DNA of 64,000 bases, taken from Octopus sinensis. Taxonomy: Eukaryota. Location: NCBI RefSeq assembly GCF_006345805.1, contig NC_043007.1, forward strand, positions 33,170,001-33,234,000. Direction: 5' to 3'. Made by a program: the position numbers and the translations under genes. Of the stretch, positions 37,333 to 49,727 are shown piece after piece. How positions within the stretch are numbered: the first letter of the stretch is position 1; every line of letters begins with the position of its first letter. The notes under the pieces were generated by a model. That model was not told the origin of the DNA, searched no databases, and worked only from the letters and a program-made list of their open reading frames with translations.

Positions 37333-37747
37333 TTATAAAGTAACCTTTAAAGGTATTTTTGATATGCTGGCCATTGATAAAAATTTTTTCCCGAAACAAT
37401 TTTATCCTACATCAGTTATATATATATAGTTTTATGCATTGATGTACGTTTGCATGTACATACGTACATATGTACGTATGTACGTATGTATGTATGTATG
37501 TATGTATGTATGTATGTATGTATGTATGTATGTATGTATGTATGTATGTATGTATGTATGAAGTTTCATTTTATTGAAACTAAAGCTCAGAGTCTGTGTG
37601 GAAACTTGAGTGTCACACCACTGTGATCCTCAAGCGATGCGTGTGTAGTATTACATATATATACATATATATGGATATATTATATATATATCATATATAT
37701 ATAATATATATATATAATATATATATATATAATATATATATACACAA

Positions 37748-38062
37748 ATTTAGGGAATGGAACACGTAAAATCCGGTCTACATATGTTACATATATTTCC
37801 TTGTTACATATGTTTCCTGGCTAGCAAAATCCAGAAAGTAGTAATTACTCAATAAGGGGTACTCCACTAGCTATTTACCAAACCGAAGATACCTTTGTTA
37901 ACTTGAGATCCCTAGACGACAACGTAAGCTTCATTTGACTAAGGTATCTTCAGCCTGATGATTAGCTAGTGGAGTACCCCTCGTTGAGTGATTACTGCTT
38001 CCAAGGTTCTGCTAGCTAGGAAACATAAGTAGCCTGATTTTTACCTGTTCTGTTTCCTAAAT
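37748..38062. mobile_element. Diverged inverted repeat with a hammerhead motif, (TA)n-embedded
   Basis: Arms share ggggtactccactagcta / tagctagtggagtacccc and gaagatacctt / aaggtatcttc. Confidence 0.8.
37950..38037 (+). ncRNA. Type I hammerhead ribozyme, canonical core with long stem II
   Basis: UCAGC CUGAUGA UUAGCUAG...CUAGCUAG GAAA CAUAAG UA GC(C)UGA; the opposite arm keeps the palindromic CAUAUG. Confidence 0.75.
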
Positions 38063-38680
38063 GTTGAATTTTCATTCGCATACATGACAATCCTCGTTGC
38101 TAAACCGTGAAATATAAAATACCTTTTTTTATCTTATCCAACTTCGATGTGGGAAAAAATTTAGTCTTTTACGTCATTCAACCATTGTTGTTCCTGAAAG
38201 TTGTTTTTTTTAATACTTTCTACAGACTGCTTGAAGCTTATTAACTTCCTACACCTGGATCCTTGGATCTTGCATTTATATATCATTATATATATATATA
38301 TTACCGTTTTTGCATTATATTTTATATAAATAGACAGTGATAGACAAAATTTACTGCGGTATTCTGTTTCCCACTGATGTACACATCTGTTTCTAAATAC
38401 AAGGGCATAGAAAATAGTACCTCTGGACGAATACCAGCGTAAATTTTGCCTATCGCAAAGTATTTATATTATTAAGTATGATACATAAATACCTATTTTA
38501 ATCTAATATTGCTCATGTTGTATATAATGAAGATATGTATGTATATATACAAGCATACACACGCTGTATGTGCATGTGTATTTGCGCGTGTGTGTGAGAA
38601 TGTGTGTGTGTGTGTGTGACTATGTGTATGCGTGTTACAAATGAGAGAAAGAGAAAATGGAATTCACAAGATTCTTTATT

Positions 38681-38787
38681 AACCACAACGATCGTTTCGA
38701 ATTATCTTGCATCGGTCCCTCGCGGCTGAGATGCTGGACAACTGATTGTGGTGCATCATTGGATGCAGATGTGCTCGTCGGATAACT
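38681..38787 (-). ncRNA. Degenerate hammerhead-like motif
   Basis: AGUUAU CCGACGA ...UCUGCAUC...GAUGCAAGA... GAAA CGAUCG UU GUGGUU; U4C change and a wobble-rich stem I. Confidence 0.45.
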
Positions 38788-38895
38788 TTTCTGACGGTAC
38801 CTCACTCAACAAACTCGGTTTCGCTTTGTTCGATTTCTTCGATTATAAAATATTTCGCCATTTGCCTGTAGCTGGTTGGGTACAGTTGGTATTGT

Positions 38896-39308
38896 GGCGG
38901 CGAGCTGGCAGAAACGTTAGCACGCCGGGCGAAATGCTTAGCGGTATTTCGTCTGCGTTACGTTGTGAGTTCAAATTCCGCCGAGGTCGACTTTGCCTTT
39001 CATCCTTTCGGGGTCGATAAATTAAGTACCAGTTACGCACTGGGGTCGATGTAATCGACTTAATACCTATGTCTGTCCTTGTTTGTCCCCTCTATGTTTA
39101 GCCCCTTGTGGGTAATAAAGAAATAGGTATTTCGTCTGCGTTACGTTGTGAGTTCAAATTCCGCCTGGGTCGACTTTGCCTTTCATCCTTTCGGGGTCGA
39201 AATTAAGTACCAGTTACGCACTGGGTGCGATGTAATCGACTTAATACTTTGTCTGTTCTTGTTGTCCCCTCTGTTTAGCCCCTTGTGGGTAATAAAGAAA
39301 TAGGTATT
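38896..39308 (+). mobile_element. SINE family A head-to-tail dimer
   Basis: Second ~185-bp unit restarts at the internal ggtatttcgtctg (~39126); flanking direct repeat ggtattgtggc at 38888-38898 and 39303-39313. Confidence 0.92.
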
Positions 39309-40112
39309 GTGGCTTGGAGTGACATGGAATACGGAGTTTGCGTGTCTACGTTTATTAGGCTTGCTGGTGAGCACCTGTGATTAATTTCAACAACAGGAAA
39401 CCCTTAGTATTCAAGTGTGGAATACTTTAGTAAAATTTTTATTAAATATTTTATAATAGCAATATGTCCTAGTAAAAGGAAACGGGGCCAAATTAAGGAA
39501 TTCCTTGGTTATTTTTGTGCAAACATTCAAGCTTAAAGTTCTTTATTACACACGCTATTACTTTCATTTTCTTCCCCTTAACTTTTAGAACATACATTTA
39601 TGTATGAATTGAATTCTAAACGTTTCAAAGATCAAAGATATTTTTCTCCCTTAGTCCTGGTTTCTTTCTCTCCCTGCCTGTACTCTCTCTCTCTCTCTCT
39701 CCCTTTCCCTCTCTCTGTCTATTTCCCTATCTATCTCGTATTTAATCTCATACTTTTTAGAATTTATATGACTATTTTTCCCTTTGCTATTCTATAATAT
39801 TTTATAAAAGCACTCCTGTTATTAATATCTTGTAAATGCAGTACTAGCCAGTGTAACGGTAGTCGGTGCTCATGCCTTATGAATGGTTTGTTGTGCACTG
39901 ATAACTGTCAATGCAAATCATGCACAAATACCACAAATATTGATCAAACAGGATCCAGTGATGAAGATGAAGATTATTAATGAATAATGATGACTGTTTT
40001 TTCCTGCACATTTGCTCATTCTGTGAAGTGTATTGTTGGCTGTGGTAAGACTTGAACTAATGGTGAGTAAAATTGCTTGACTTTTGGTGTTTATGTTATG
40101 TTTTTCAATATG

Positions 40113-40524
40113 ATAGGCGCAGGAGTGGCTGTGTGGTAAGTAGCTTGCTAACCAACCACATGGTTCCGGGTTCAGTCCCACTGCGTGGCATCTTGGGCAA
40201 GTGTCTTCTGCTATAGCCCCGGGCCGACCAATGCCTTGTGAGGGATTTGGTAGACGGAAACTGAAAGAAGCCTGTCGTATATATTATATATATAATATGC
40301 ATGTGTGTGTTGTTTGTGTGTCTGTGTTTGTCCCCCTAGCTTGCTTGACAACCGATGCTGGTGTGTTTACGTCCCCGTCACCATAGCGGTTCGGAAAAGA
40401 GACCGATAGAATAAGCACTGGGCTTACAAAGAATAAGTCCCGGGGTGATTTGCTCGACTAAATACGGTGCTCAGCATGGCCCGCAGTCAAAATGACTGAA
40501 ACAAGTAAAAGAGTAAAAGAGTAA
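40113..40524 (+). mobile_element. SINE family B, full length
   Basis: ataggcgcaggagtggctgtgtggtaag (A box), gggttcagtccc (B box), cttgggcaagtg (CORE-like), microsatellite spacer, (gtaaaaga)n tail. Confidence 0.95.
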
Positions 40525-40912
40525 AGATTACTCTTTATTTAGGAAAAGAAATTACTTATAATATCATTATTATTGAAGATAGCGGACTCAAATTTCTCAC
40601 GGAATAGTAGAAATAAACATTAAATATAACTATGTTGTTTAACTTAATGAATATTAAATTAATGAATATTAAATTAATTGCAAAAAAATAGGAATGAAAG
40701 TCAATATACTGTGAAAAAACATATAAAATGGGCTTTTTTTCAGACAAATTGGTGAGATTTTCTAATTTTGGGCAATGGAAGATGAAAAATTCATCATGAG
40801 TATGGTAAAGAGGTATATTTCCTTCATTTCAGTGACATTGGAAATATTTGTATATTGACGACCTCTAGGGCGTTAATAGACAAATATTTCCAATGGTTAC
40901 CTGTGTATCACA

Positions 40913-41326
40913 TATACTCTTTTACTTGTTTCAGTCATTTGACTGCGGCCATGCTGGAGCACCGCTTTTAGTCGAGCAAATCGACCCTGAGACTTATTCT
41001 TTGTAAGCTCAGTACTTATTCTATCGGTCCCTTTTGCCGAACCGCTAAGTGACGGGGACGTAAACACACCAGCATCGGTTGTCAAGCAATGCTAGGGGGA
41101 CAAACACAGACAAACAAACATACACACACATACATATATACATATATATATACATATATACGACAGGCTTCTTTCAGTTTCCGTTTACCAAATCCACTCA
41201 CAAGGCCTTGGTCGGCCCGGGGCTATAGCAGAAGACACTTGCTCAAGATGCCACGCAGTGGGACTGAACCCGGAACCATGTGGTTGGTTAGCAAGCTACT
41301 TACCACACAGCCACTCCTGCGCCTAT
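40913..41326 (-). mobile_element. SINE family B, full length
   Basis: Reverse complement of the 40113 copy. Confidence 0.95.
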
Positions 41327-41509
41327 ATTTCCACTTTTTTATAGCCTCGAGACTCACCTTACTTATAAAAAGCTGTTGTCCTAATTACCTGACAAGTTGT
41401 GCGAATGACAAGTGAAAATGTCATCCCCATAGACCTGGGAACAATGTGGTACCATCAAACTAAAGTTGCAGGTACCATCAAACTAAATAAGGCCCTTTTT
41501 GGATTTGAC

Positions 41510-42660
41510 TCACCGACTATTGGATTCATATTCCATGATGTAACTTATACGGAATTCATTCGATTTTGATGAAATTTGACATTTAGGTAAAGTTTATGAT
41601 CGGAGTCATGTAGTAGAATTAAAATTAAACTGGTGAAAGGCAGAAATCGTCAAAATTCACTCACAATAAAATAATGAAGTGATTTTGAAGAAAATTGACT
41701 CATGAATAAATTTAAGCACTTCGACATATAAAACGTTGATTTCATATAATGTATTGGGATTTAAAAGTCAATGGGGTATATTCATGTAAATGGTCATATG
41801 GATTCTATTTTATGACATAACCTTAACACTTTTTTTCGAATATTGCTGAGATTGCACACGGTGATCAATTTTGTACAGAGGGTGGCATTAAGGGGAGAAA
41901 AATAAAAAAACATCACTCTCAACGGGTCGAGGTACACCCAAAGGTTTGACTGCGATTTCAGACGGTCCAGTATGTAGGAGTATGTCGAATGCGTTAACGG
42001 GGTAAAATCCCTGCCGAACTAGATATATTTTTTTATATTTCTAATATTTTTAACTGGAAGTTAAAGATTGAAACTATTAGAGTAGATGGGTATGAAACTT
42101 GTCTACTAGCAAAGTATTTTTTGTGTGGTCGAGAAATCGCTTTGTAATTCCGTAGTTCCGGGTTCGACTTTGCTTTACATCTCTCGGAATAATACCTATT
42201 TCTTTACTACCCACAAGGAGCTAAACACAGAGAGGACAAACAAGGACAGACAAACGGATTAAGTCGATTATATCGACCCCTGTGCGTAACTGGTACTTAA
42301 TTTATCGACCCCGAAAGGATGAAAGGCAAAGTCGACCTCGGCAGAATTTGAACTCAGAACGTAACGGCAGGCAAAATACCTATTTCTTTACTACCCACAA
42401 GGGGCTAAACACAGAGGGGACAAACAAGGACAGACAAAGGGATTAAGTCGATTACATCGACCCCAGTGCGTAACTGGTACTTAATGTATTAACCCCGAAA
42501 GGATGAAAGGCAAAGTCGACCTCGGCAGAATTTGCTGCCGAACCAGATATAACATCATTAATGGGTAATAACTGGCACGGGGAACGTAGATTTAAATACA
42601 AATTCAGAGGTAGGTTTAACTTCGACACCGAAAACACGAGCAACGCCGGGTCCAACAGTG
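41510..42660 (+). mobile_element. Possible old Helitron-like element hosting the 42028-42534 insertion
   Basis: cgattttgatgaaattt motif and terminal cacgagcaacgccggg resemble parts of the 26279-26662 Helitron; ends unclear. Confidence 0.4.
42028..42534 (-). mobile_element. 5'-truncated SINE A dimer with 3' extension and 17-bp TSD
   Basis: TSD ctgccgaa(ct/cc)agatata at 42011-42027 and 42535-42551. Confidence 0.88.
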
Positions 42661-42672
42661 CATACATACTGA

Positions 42673-42904
42673 CATACTCTTTTACTCTTTACTCTTTTAC
42701 TTGTTTCAGTCATTTGACTGTGGCCATGCTGGAGCACCACCTTTTAATCGAGCAACTCGACCCTGGGACTTATTCCTTTGTAAGCCCAGTACTTATTCTA
42801 TCGGTCTCTTTTGCTAAACCGCTCAGTGACGGGGACGTAAACACACCAGATCGGTTGTCAAGCAATGCTAGGGGGGCAAACACAGACACAAAACACACAC
42901 ACAT

Positions 42905-42949
<45 letters not shown>

Positions 42950-43114
42950 GACAGTCTTCTTTCAGTTTCCGTCTACCAAATCCACTCACAAAGCTTTGGT
43001 CGGCCCGAAAGCTATAGCAGAAGACACTTGCCCAAGGTGCCACGCAGTGGGACTGAACCCGGAACCATGTGGGTGGTAAACAAGCTACTTACCACACAGC
43101 CACTCCTGCGCCTA
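42673..43114 (-). mobile_element. SINE family B, full length
   Basis: Matches family consensus. Confidence 0.95.
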
Positions 43115-43369
43115 TGTATATTTTTAATTCTGCTTTTTTTTATTTGTTGTTCTGTTCACTCCAAACTCTTATAAATATTTGTTCCTCCTTCATATTTTTC
43201 TTAACTAAACACAATACATTCTGTTCATAGTTTTTTTGTTTGTTTGTTTGTTTGTTTATTTTTACATTTTGTACTTATTTGATTTCAAAAAATACTCAAT
43301 ATGTGGCATTATGAAATATTCCGTTTATTCATATATTTGTTTATTTTGCTTTCGCTTTATATATTTTTG

Positions 43370-43722
43370 TGACTTCTTCTTCTTCTCTTCCTCCTCCTCC
43401 TTCTCCTCTACCTCCTCCACCTCCTCCACCTCTTCTTTCTTCACTTCTTCTCCTCCTCCCCTCTTCCATCTCTTCCTTCTTCTCCTTCTCCTCCCCCTCC
43501 TCCATCTCTTCCTTCTTCTTCTCCATCTCCTCCACCTCCTCCACCTCTTCCTTCTTCTTCTTCCCCCTCCCCTCCTCTTCCTTCTTCTTCTTCTTCTTCT
43601 TCTTCTCCTCCTCTTCCTTCTGTTTTTCTCCTCCCCTCCCCTCCTTCTTTTTTTTCTTCTTCTTCATCTTCTTCTCCTTCATTTTCCTCTTTATTATTAT
43701 TATTATTATCATTATCCTTATT
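43370..43722. repeat. CT-rich low-complexity tract plus (ATT)n
   Basis: Direct reading. Confidence 0.9.
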
Positions 43723-44125
43723 ATGTAGCCCTTTATGGCAATCCCACATGCAGATTGCTAACTTGCAATTGAAACGAAAATGAAATGCTGATCAGATCTT
43801 ATAGTCACGCATCACAAATACAGAAATGTTTTGTTACAATGAAAACATCATGCTCTCCCTCACACACTCTCCTTATCCCACTCGCGACTATTTCCTCGTC
43901 TCCTGCAAATGCAAATGTTGATTCCACAATCAAATTCCGAAATAATAATTTTGGACAAACCTTATGTGAATATTTACTCTGCTTCTGAAATATACACATG
44001 CATACATACATACATACATACATACATACATACATACATACATACATACATAAAATCATACTTGCATACATAACTTCCTATATGTAGATATGTATGTATA
44101 CATATCTATGTATATTATATATATA

Positions 44126-44176
<51 letters not shown>

Positions 44177-44705
44177 ATAAATAAAAAATATGCATACAAC
44201 AAACATATATGTACGTACCTACATCTACATGTATATATACATGCACATATAAATAAATATACGTAAGTACAGGACGCCACAACAAGACGTAGAAACGGGA
44301 AAAACAAAAATTTTCGACAAGTACAGGACAGGCTACACAAGGGAAAATATGTATATGTATATATATGTGTGTGTGTAAATATATATATACATACATATAC
44401 ATATATATGTGCGTGTGCGCACATGTATTTACTTACATAAATATATATGTGTATATGTATGTTTGCGTATAGATAGATACATGCATGCATGCATACGTAC
44501 ATACATATATATATATATATATATACATACATACATGCATACATACACACACATACATACATACAGAGAGACATACACATACATACTCATACATAAATAC
44601 ATACATACAAACATACATACATACTGACAGACATACATGCACACAAACATACATACATTAACACACCCATATATGCATTCATATACACACACACACACTC
44701 ACATA

Positions 44706-44918
44706 CCTCTTTACTCTCTACTCTTTTACTTGTTTCAGTCATTTGACTGCGGCCATGCTGGAGTACCGCCTTTAGTCGAGCAAATCGACCCCAGAACTTA
44801 TTCTTTGTAAGTCTAGCACTTATTCTATCGGTCTCTTTTGTCGAACCGCTAAGTTACAGGGGCATAAACACACCAGCATCGGTTGTCAAGCGATGTTGGG
44901 GTACAAACACAGACACAG

Positions 44919-44949
<31 letters not shown>

Positions 44950-45135
44950 TATATATATATATACATATATACGACGGGCTTCGTTCAGTTTCCGTCTACC
45001 AAATCGAATCACAAGGCGTTGGTCGGCCTGGGGCTATAGTAAAAGACACTTGCCCAAGGTGACACGCAGTGGGATTGAACCCGGAACCATGTGGCTGATA
45101 AGCAAGCTACTTACAACACAGCCACTCATACGCCT
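44706..45135 (-). mobile_element. SINE family B, full length
   Basis: Matches family consensus. Confidence 0.93.
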
Positions 45136-45477
45136 GTTTATGTAACGTCGATTTGATGAAAGGACTGGGCGAATGTACAGCAAAAAACATTTGATCACCA
45201 TAAACAAATCATTTGTGCAGACGTTCGGCAAGGAATTCAGGAACCGTCTTTCTCGTACTGACTATCAAAGTCAGATTAGATTTTCAGTATTTTCTTATTG
45301 AATTTTGTATCTAGTTTGGAACAATAAAATTCCTAAATTCGCATTCAACATTTCTGACGTTTCTCATTTTTCCGGAATGATAGTTTGTCTCTGCGTTGTT
45401 TCTGTTATACTGATTGAATTCATATAGACTTTTCTGCCAAATGTATCTTTTTTACCATTAGGCTTTTTAACACATAT

Positions 45478-45670
45478 ATAGGTTGAGGAGTGGCTGTGTG
45501 GTAAGTAGATTGCTTACCAACCACATGGTTTCGGGTTCAGTCCCACTGCGTGACATCTTGGGCAAGTGTCTTCTACTATAGCTTCGGGCCGACCAAAACC
45601 TTGTAAGTGGCTTTGGTCGACGGAAACTGAAAGAAGCCCGTCGTATATATGTATATATTTGTGTGTGTGT
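45478..45670 (+). mobile_element. SINE family B head half
   Basis: ggagtggctgtgtggtaag...aagaagcccgtcgtatata. Confidence 0.9.
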
Positions 45671-46819
45671 GTGAGAGAGAGAGAGCTTTCGTGTGTGTCC
45701 TGGGTATGACTTTAAACGACATGCAGTTGTGGGGTATGGGAGTTCCATGGGAGTTCCAGGATTTTGATAGGAGTACATCTGCACTAACTCAGAGCAGAAG
45801 CACCTGATAAGGTTCCCAACTATGGTTTATTTGGCATGTTAACCACTGGGATTGAAAGCGATTCCTGACGTTCACTAGATCTTACTTCTAGAAGGTAAAC
45901 ATCGCACAAAAAAAAAGTTGATATGCAGCTGGTCGCTGGTCGTCTCACCCTCTGCTGTATCACTGGTTTTATATCTGATTGCGCTGTAAAGTGGGTTCAT
46001 TGCTGTGCAAGACGTTATTCACTCAAATTCAGGCGCAGGAACTTGAGCTCTCAGAATTCTTGCACAGTCTTACTGAGTTTATGAAGTGGCCTTACTCGTT
46101 CACAAGTTAAATTCCACCTTTTGTACATAGATACGTACATGCATACATACATACATAATATCCTATCATAATAGACCTGACATTGTGAGAAAAGAAACTG
46201 TGTACAGTTGTGTAAATCAGCTGCTCAGCTAATGTTAACATAGAGCTAAGGATCAGCGAAAAAAAAGTATCTACGTTGAACTATTGAGGAATCTACAGCT
46301 ACTCTATCCAGATTACAAGTTCAGGTTTATACCTGTAATTACTGGCGCACTGGGATTTGTAACACACAGCCTAGGTACAAATCTTTTGAAATTATGCCAC
46401 TCAGAACCAGAAGGGAGAAAGCTAATTTGAAGAATAGAGATCAAAGCGATCACTGGCATTGTAAAAGACTGTAAAACTTTCCAGAAGTTTATCATTTAGA
46501 TATATATATATGAGCATGTCTAGATATGCAACTATGTATGCATGAAAATACATACATACATAAAGCAAAACATGCAAATCTGCATATACACACGTATACA
46601 TACAAAAATATCCTGTTGTTGATATTAATTCCAATGAAGGTGCCTTGGAACTAGGTTAGAAACCGGCTCTTTATTGACAAGTAACCTTGAATTAAAACAA
46701 AATTATGACATAGATACATACATAATATATATATCCATATATACATACATGCATACATACATGCATACCTACATTTATAAATACCTTAATACATACACGC
46801 AACGCACAGCAAAAAATTA

Positions 46820-46933
46820 TGGTTCTGACGAAGGTAGCGTTAATTTTCTTAAGTCTTTCAATTTACCTCAATTGATCAATAGACCAATTGAATAAACCTA
46901 TCTATAATGGCTACTGGAAACAGCCGTAAGCCA
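46820..46933 (+). ncRNA. Type I hammerhead ribozyme, canonical core with very long stem II insert
   Basis: UGGUU CUGACGA aGGUAGC...GCUACUg GAAA CAGCCG UA AGCCA. Confidence 0.65.
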
Positions 46934-47383
46934 AATTTGCTACAATAAAGGAATTATATCTAATGACCATTATTTTAACTTGTCTATTATATATATATAT
47001 ATAAAATACATAAATCTTGGTATATCACATCACCATCTGCTTGTATTTTTAATGTCGTAGAATATTTGAAGGTCAGTAGATTCTTGTCGTAGTCACAGCG
47101 ATAATGGGCATGGTGAATTCGGCCACACCTCGGCAGCTACTGCTTCTCTGTCCTTCATTGACTTGCTTGTTGATAATAACGTTACTCTAAGTGATGTATC
47201 TGTTTTATATTTACCTCGACTGATTGGGAGAATTAGTTTCGCTGTAGTATTATGGATGAGAGCGTTGCAAGTGCGTCTGTCTTGAGTGCGATGGCATGTG
47301 TAGTGACACAGAATGTGAAAGCTGAAACTTGATGCAATAAGAAACTCAGTACCTTGTAGTGACGCTATTTTGAAAGTTTTCAG

Positions 47384-47447
47384 CGCGCATGCGCAGAGTT
47401 GGATTACTTCCGGTAGGCCGCCGGAAGTTCCATCATGCGCATGCGCA
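47384..47447. promoter_or_regulatory. NRF1-ETS-ETS-NRF1 motif cluster, candidate housekeeping/bidirectional promoter
   Basis: cgcgcatgcgca 47384-47395, acttccgg 47406-47413, ccggaagt 47421-47428, tgcgcatgcgca 47436-47447 in a locally CpG-rich non-repeat patch. Confidence 0.6.
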
Positions 47448-47639
47448 GAGAACTGCCAAGCATTGCACCCGGCGTGGTAACGATTCTGCCAAGAAATGGA
47501 TATAGACCAGAACAAATGAAATTTTTAGAATATCATTGAGATCGTTTGTTTTCTATTCTCCCCGGTGATATACGTAACAAAGGCCCGCTTCCACAACTGT
47601 CACAGCTGGAATTCTTCTACCTACAGAGAAAAGTATTCT

Positions 47640-47885
47640 TAGTAGAGAATACGCCAGTAGTTTACGCTCCATCTTGTACCATGTAAGGAAACTGGCGAAC
47701 CCAAACAAGTTGAAGAGCACTGTAGCTTCCATTCTACGTGCAACACAACACAACCATTTTATGGCAGGTCTTTGAGAAATCATGGGAACAGAGCCAAGAT
47801 GTGCAAGCTTGCTTTGTAGACCTCAGAGAGGCATATGACGACATGCCAAGAGACATGCTGCAGAGGACTTTACAAGGGTTTTGAT
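47640..47885 (+). mobile_element. RTE-clade LINE reverse transcriptase fragment
   Basis: QVFEKSWEQSQDVQACFVDLREAYDDMPRDML (FVDLxxAYD motif). Confidence 0.7.
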
Positions 47886-48004
47886 TAGTTTTTGAACACG
47901 CGAAGAAGGGCCAAGAACAAAGGAATGTCTCCCTCAGATTGCTTTCCCGAATCCATCCAGTGAGCTTGCGGGTGCCAGGATTTATTTATTTTTATCCCTA
48001 CATA

Positions 48005-48241
48005 TTCATCATCATCATCATCATCATCATCTTCGTTGGACGGTTCAACTGAGGTCTGGGAAGCCAGAAGGCTGCACCAGGCCCAGTCTGATCTGGCAAT
48101 GTTTCTACAGCTGGATGCCCTTCCTAACGCCAACCACTCCGTGAGTGTAGTGGGTGCTTTTTACGTGCCAGACGAGGCTGGCAAACGGCCACGATCGGAT
48201 GGTGCCTTTTACGTGCCACCGGCACGGGGGCCAGGCGAGGC
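48005..48241 (-). mobile_element. SINE family F with (GAT)n tail
   Basis: Minus strand ggttggcgttaggaagggcatccagctgtagaaac (Nin-domain-like); homologous to 58255 and 61000 copies. Confidence 0.8.
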
Positions 48242-48772
48242 TTTTATTTTTATTTTTATCCCTACATATTATCAATTATATTTTTATCCCTACATATTAT
48301 TAATTATATATGAAGGTTTACATGAGAATTTAGTATTTGTAAATTATTATTTTTTATTCTTTTATTTATTTATTTTTTTATTTTTATTAATTCTATTTGA
48401 ATTAAATTATAGCTTGCATAGTAAGGTCCAGCGAATCTATTTACACATACATTTACTTATCTGTTAAAATTAAATTTAGTATTTGGTATCGAACTATGAT
48501 AAAGTTACTTAGAGGCCTGATAATTGGGGTTATATTTTAAGAAAGGTTCCTGTAAAACACTGCATGCTTAAGGAACCGTAAATGAACCTCAAGAAACACG
48601 TTTAGCTAAGAAATGAGTTGTAAGTATTAAATTAAAATTCTTTTATATGGTGTGTTGAAGGGGACTACTATTTCTAAATAACATACATATTTACTCATTG
48701 AGAATTATTTGAACCCCTGTGATGCCGGAAATTTTATTCCCTAATAAATAAAATAAAATAATTATATATATT

Positions 48773-48946
48773 TAGGCGCAGGAGTGGCTGTGTGGTAAGT
48801 AGCTTGCTTACCAACCACATGGTTCCGGGTTCAGACCCACTGTGTGGCACCTTGGGCAAGTGTCTTCTTCTATAGCCTCGGGCAGACCAAAGCCTTGTGA
48901 GTGGATTTGGTAGACGGAAACTGAAAGAATTCCGTCGTATATATGC

Positions 48947-48980
<34 letters not shown>

Positions 48981-49193
48981 TTGTGTGTCTGTGTTTGTCC
49001 CCCTAGCATTGCTTGACAACCGATGCTGGTGTGTTTACGTCCTCGTCACTTAGCGGTTTGGCAAAAAGAGACCGATAGAATAAGTACTGGGCTTACAAAA
49101 AGAATAAGTCCTGGGGTCGAGTTGCTCGACTAAAGGCAGTGCTCCAGCATGGCTGCAGTCAAATGACTGAAACAAGTAAAAGAGTAAAAGAGT
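48773..49193 (+). mobile_element. SINE family B, full length
   Basis: Matches family consensus. Confidence 0.95.
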
Positions 49194-49199
49194 ATATAT

Positions 49200-49698
49200 A
49201 TAAATTCAGGGTGAATACTTGATAAGTGTAAGCACCTGTATATGCCGGCTAGTAGCAGAGATGAGAGGGTATATGCATCAAATGAAATAAAAAACAGAAC
49301 ACAAAGGATGTTGCGGTATACGTGTTTCAAGCTTTATACAACAACCTATTTTACATCAATGTATAATCGACATAACATAACTGATGATAAAGTATGGACG
49401 GATTTTTGAATTCCAATGATACCCTACATACCTATTTGATTATGAAGATTTACAAACATACTTTCTCTGTGCAACTCAATATACCCACCATTATAGATAA
49501 TACCAAATGTACATTTTCGGTTTTTTCATAATGTGATGGAAGTCTTTGATATAGCAATTGTATGCGGCTGAAGAGAGCTTTAAACCATCTGTTATGTCGA
49601 TTATACATTGATGTAAGAATAGGATGTTTTATAAAGCTTGAAACACGTGTACCGCGACATCCTTTGTGTTCTGTTTTTTATTTCATTTGATGCATATA
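49200..49698. mobile_element. (TA)n-embedded insert with 108-bp inverted arms and a hammerhead
   Basis: Arms 49270-49377 and 49590-49698. Confidence 0.85.
49564..49655 (+). ncRNA. Type I hammerhead ribozyme, canonical core with long stem II
   Basis: GCGG CUGAAGA GAGCUUUA...UAAAGCUU GAAA CACGUG UA CCGC. Confidence 0.82.
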
Positions 49699-49727
49699 AT
49701 TATATATATGTATATATATATATATAT

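Noticed and set aside
46625-46675. Possible hammerhead (ccaatgaagg...gaaaccggctc)
   Set aside because: No valid NUGANNA core with matching stems I and II; folds better as a simple hairpin
47093-47515. 140-aa ORF over the promoter-like patch
   Set aside because: Non-ATG start and no recognisable domain; explained by locally higher GC
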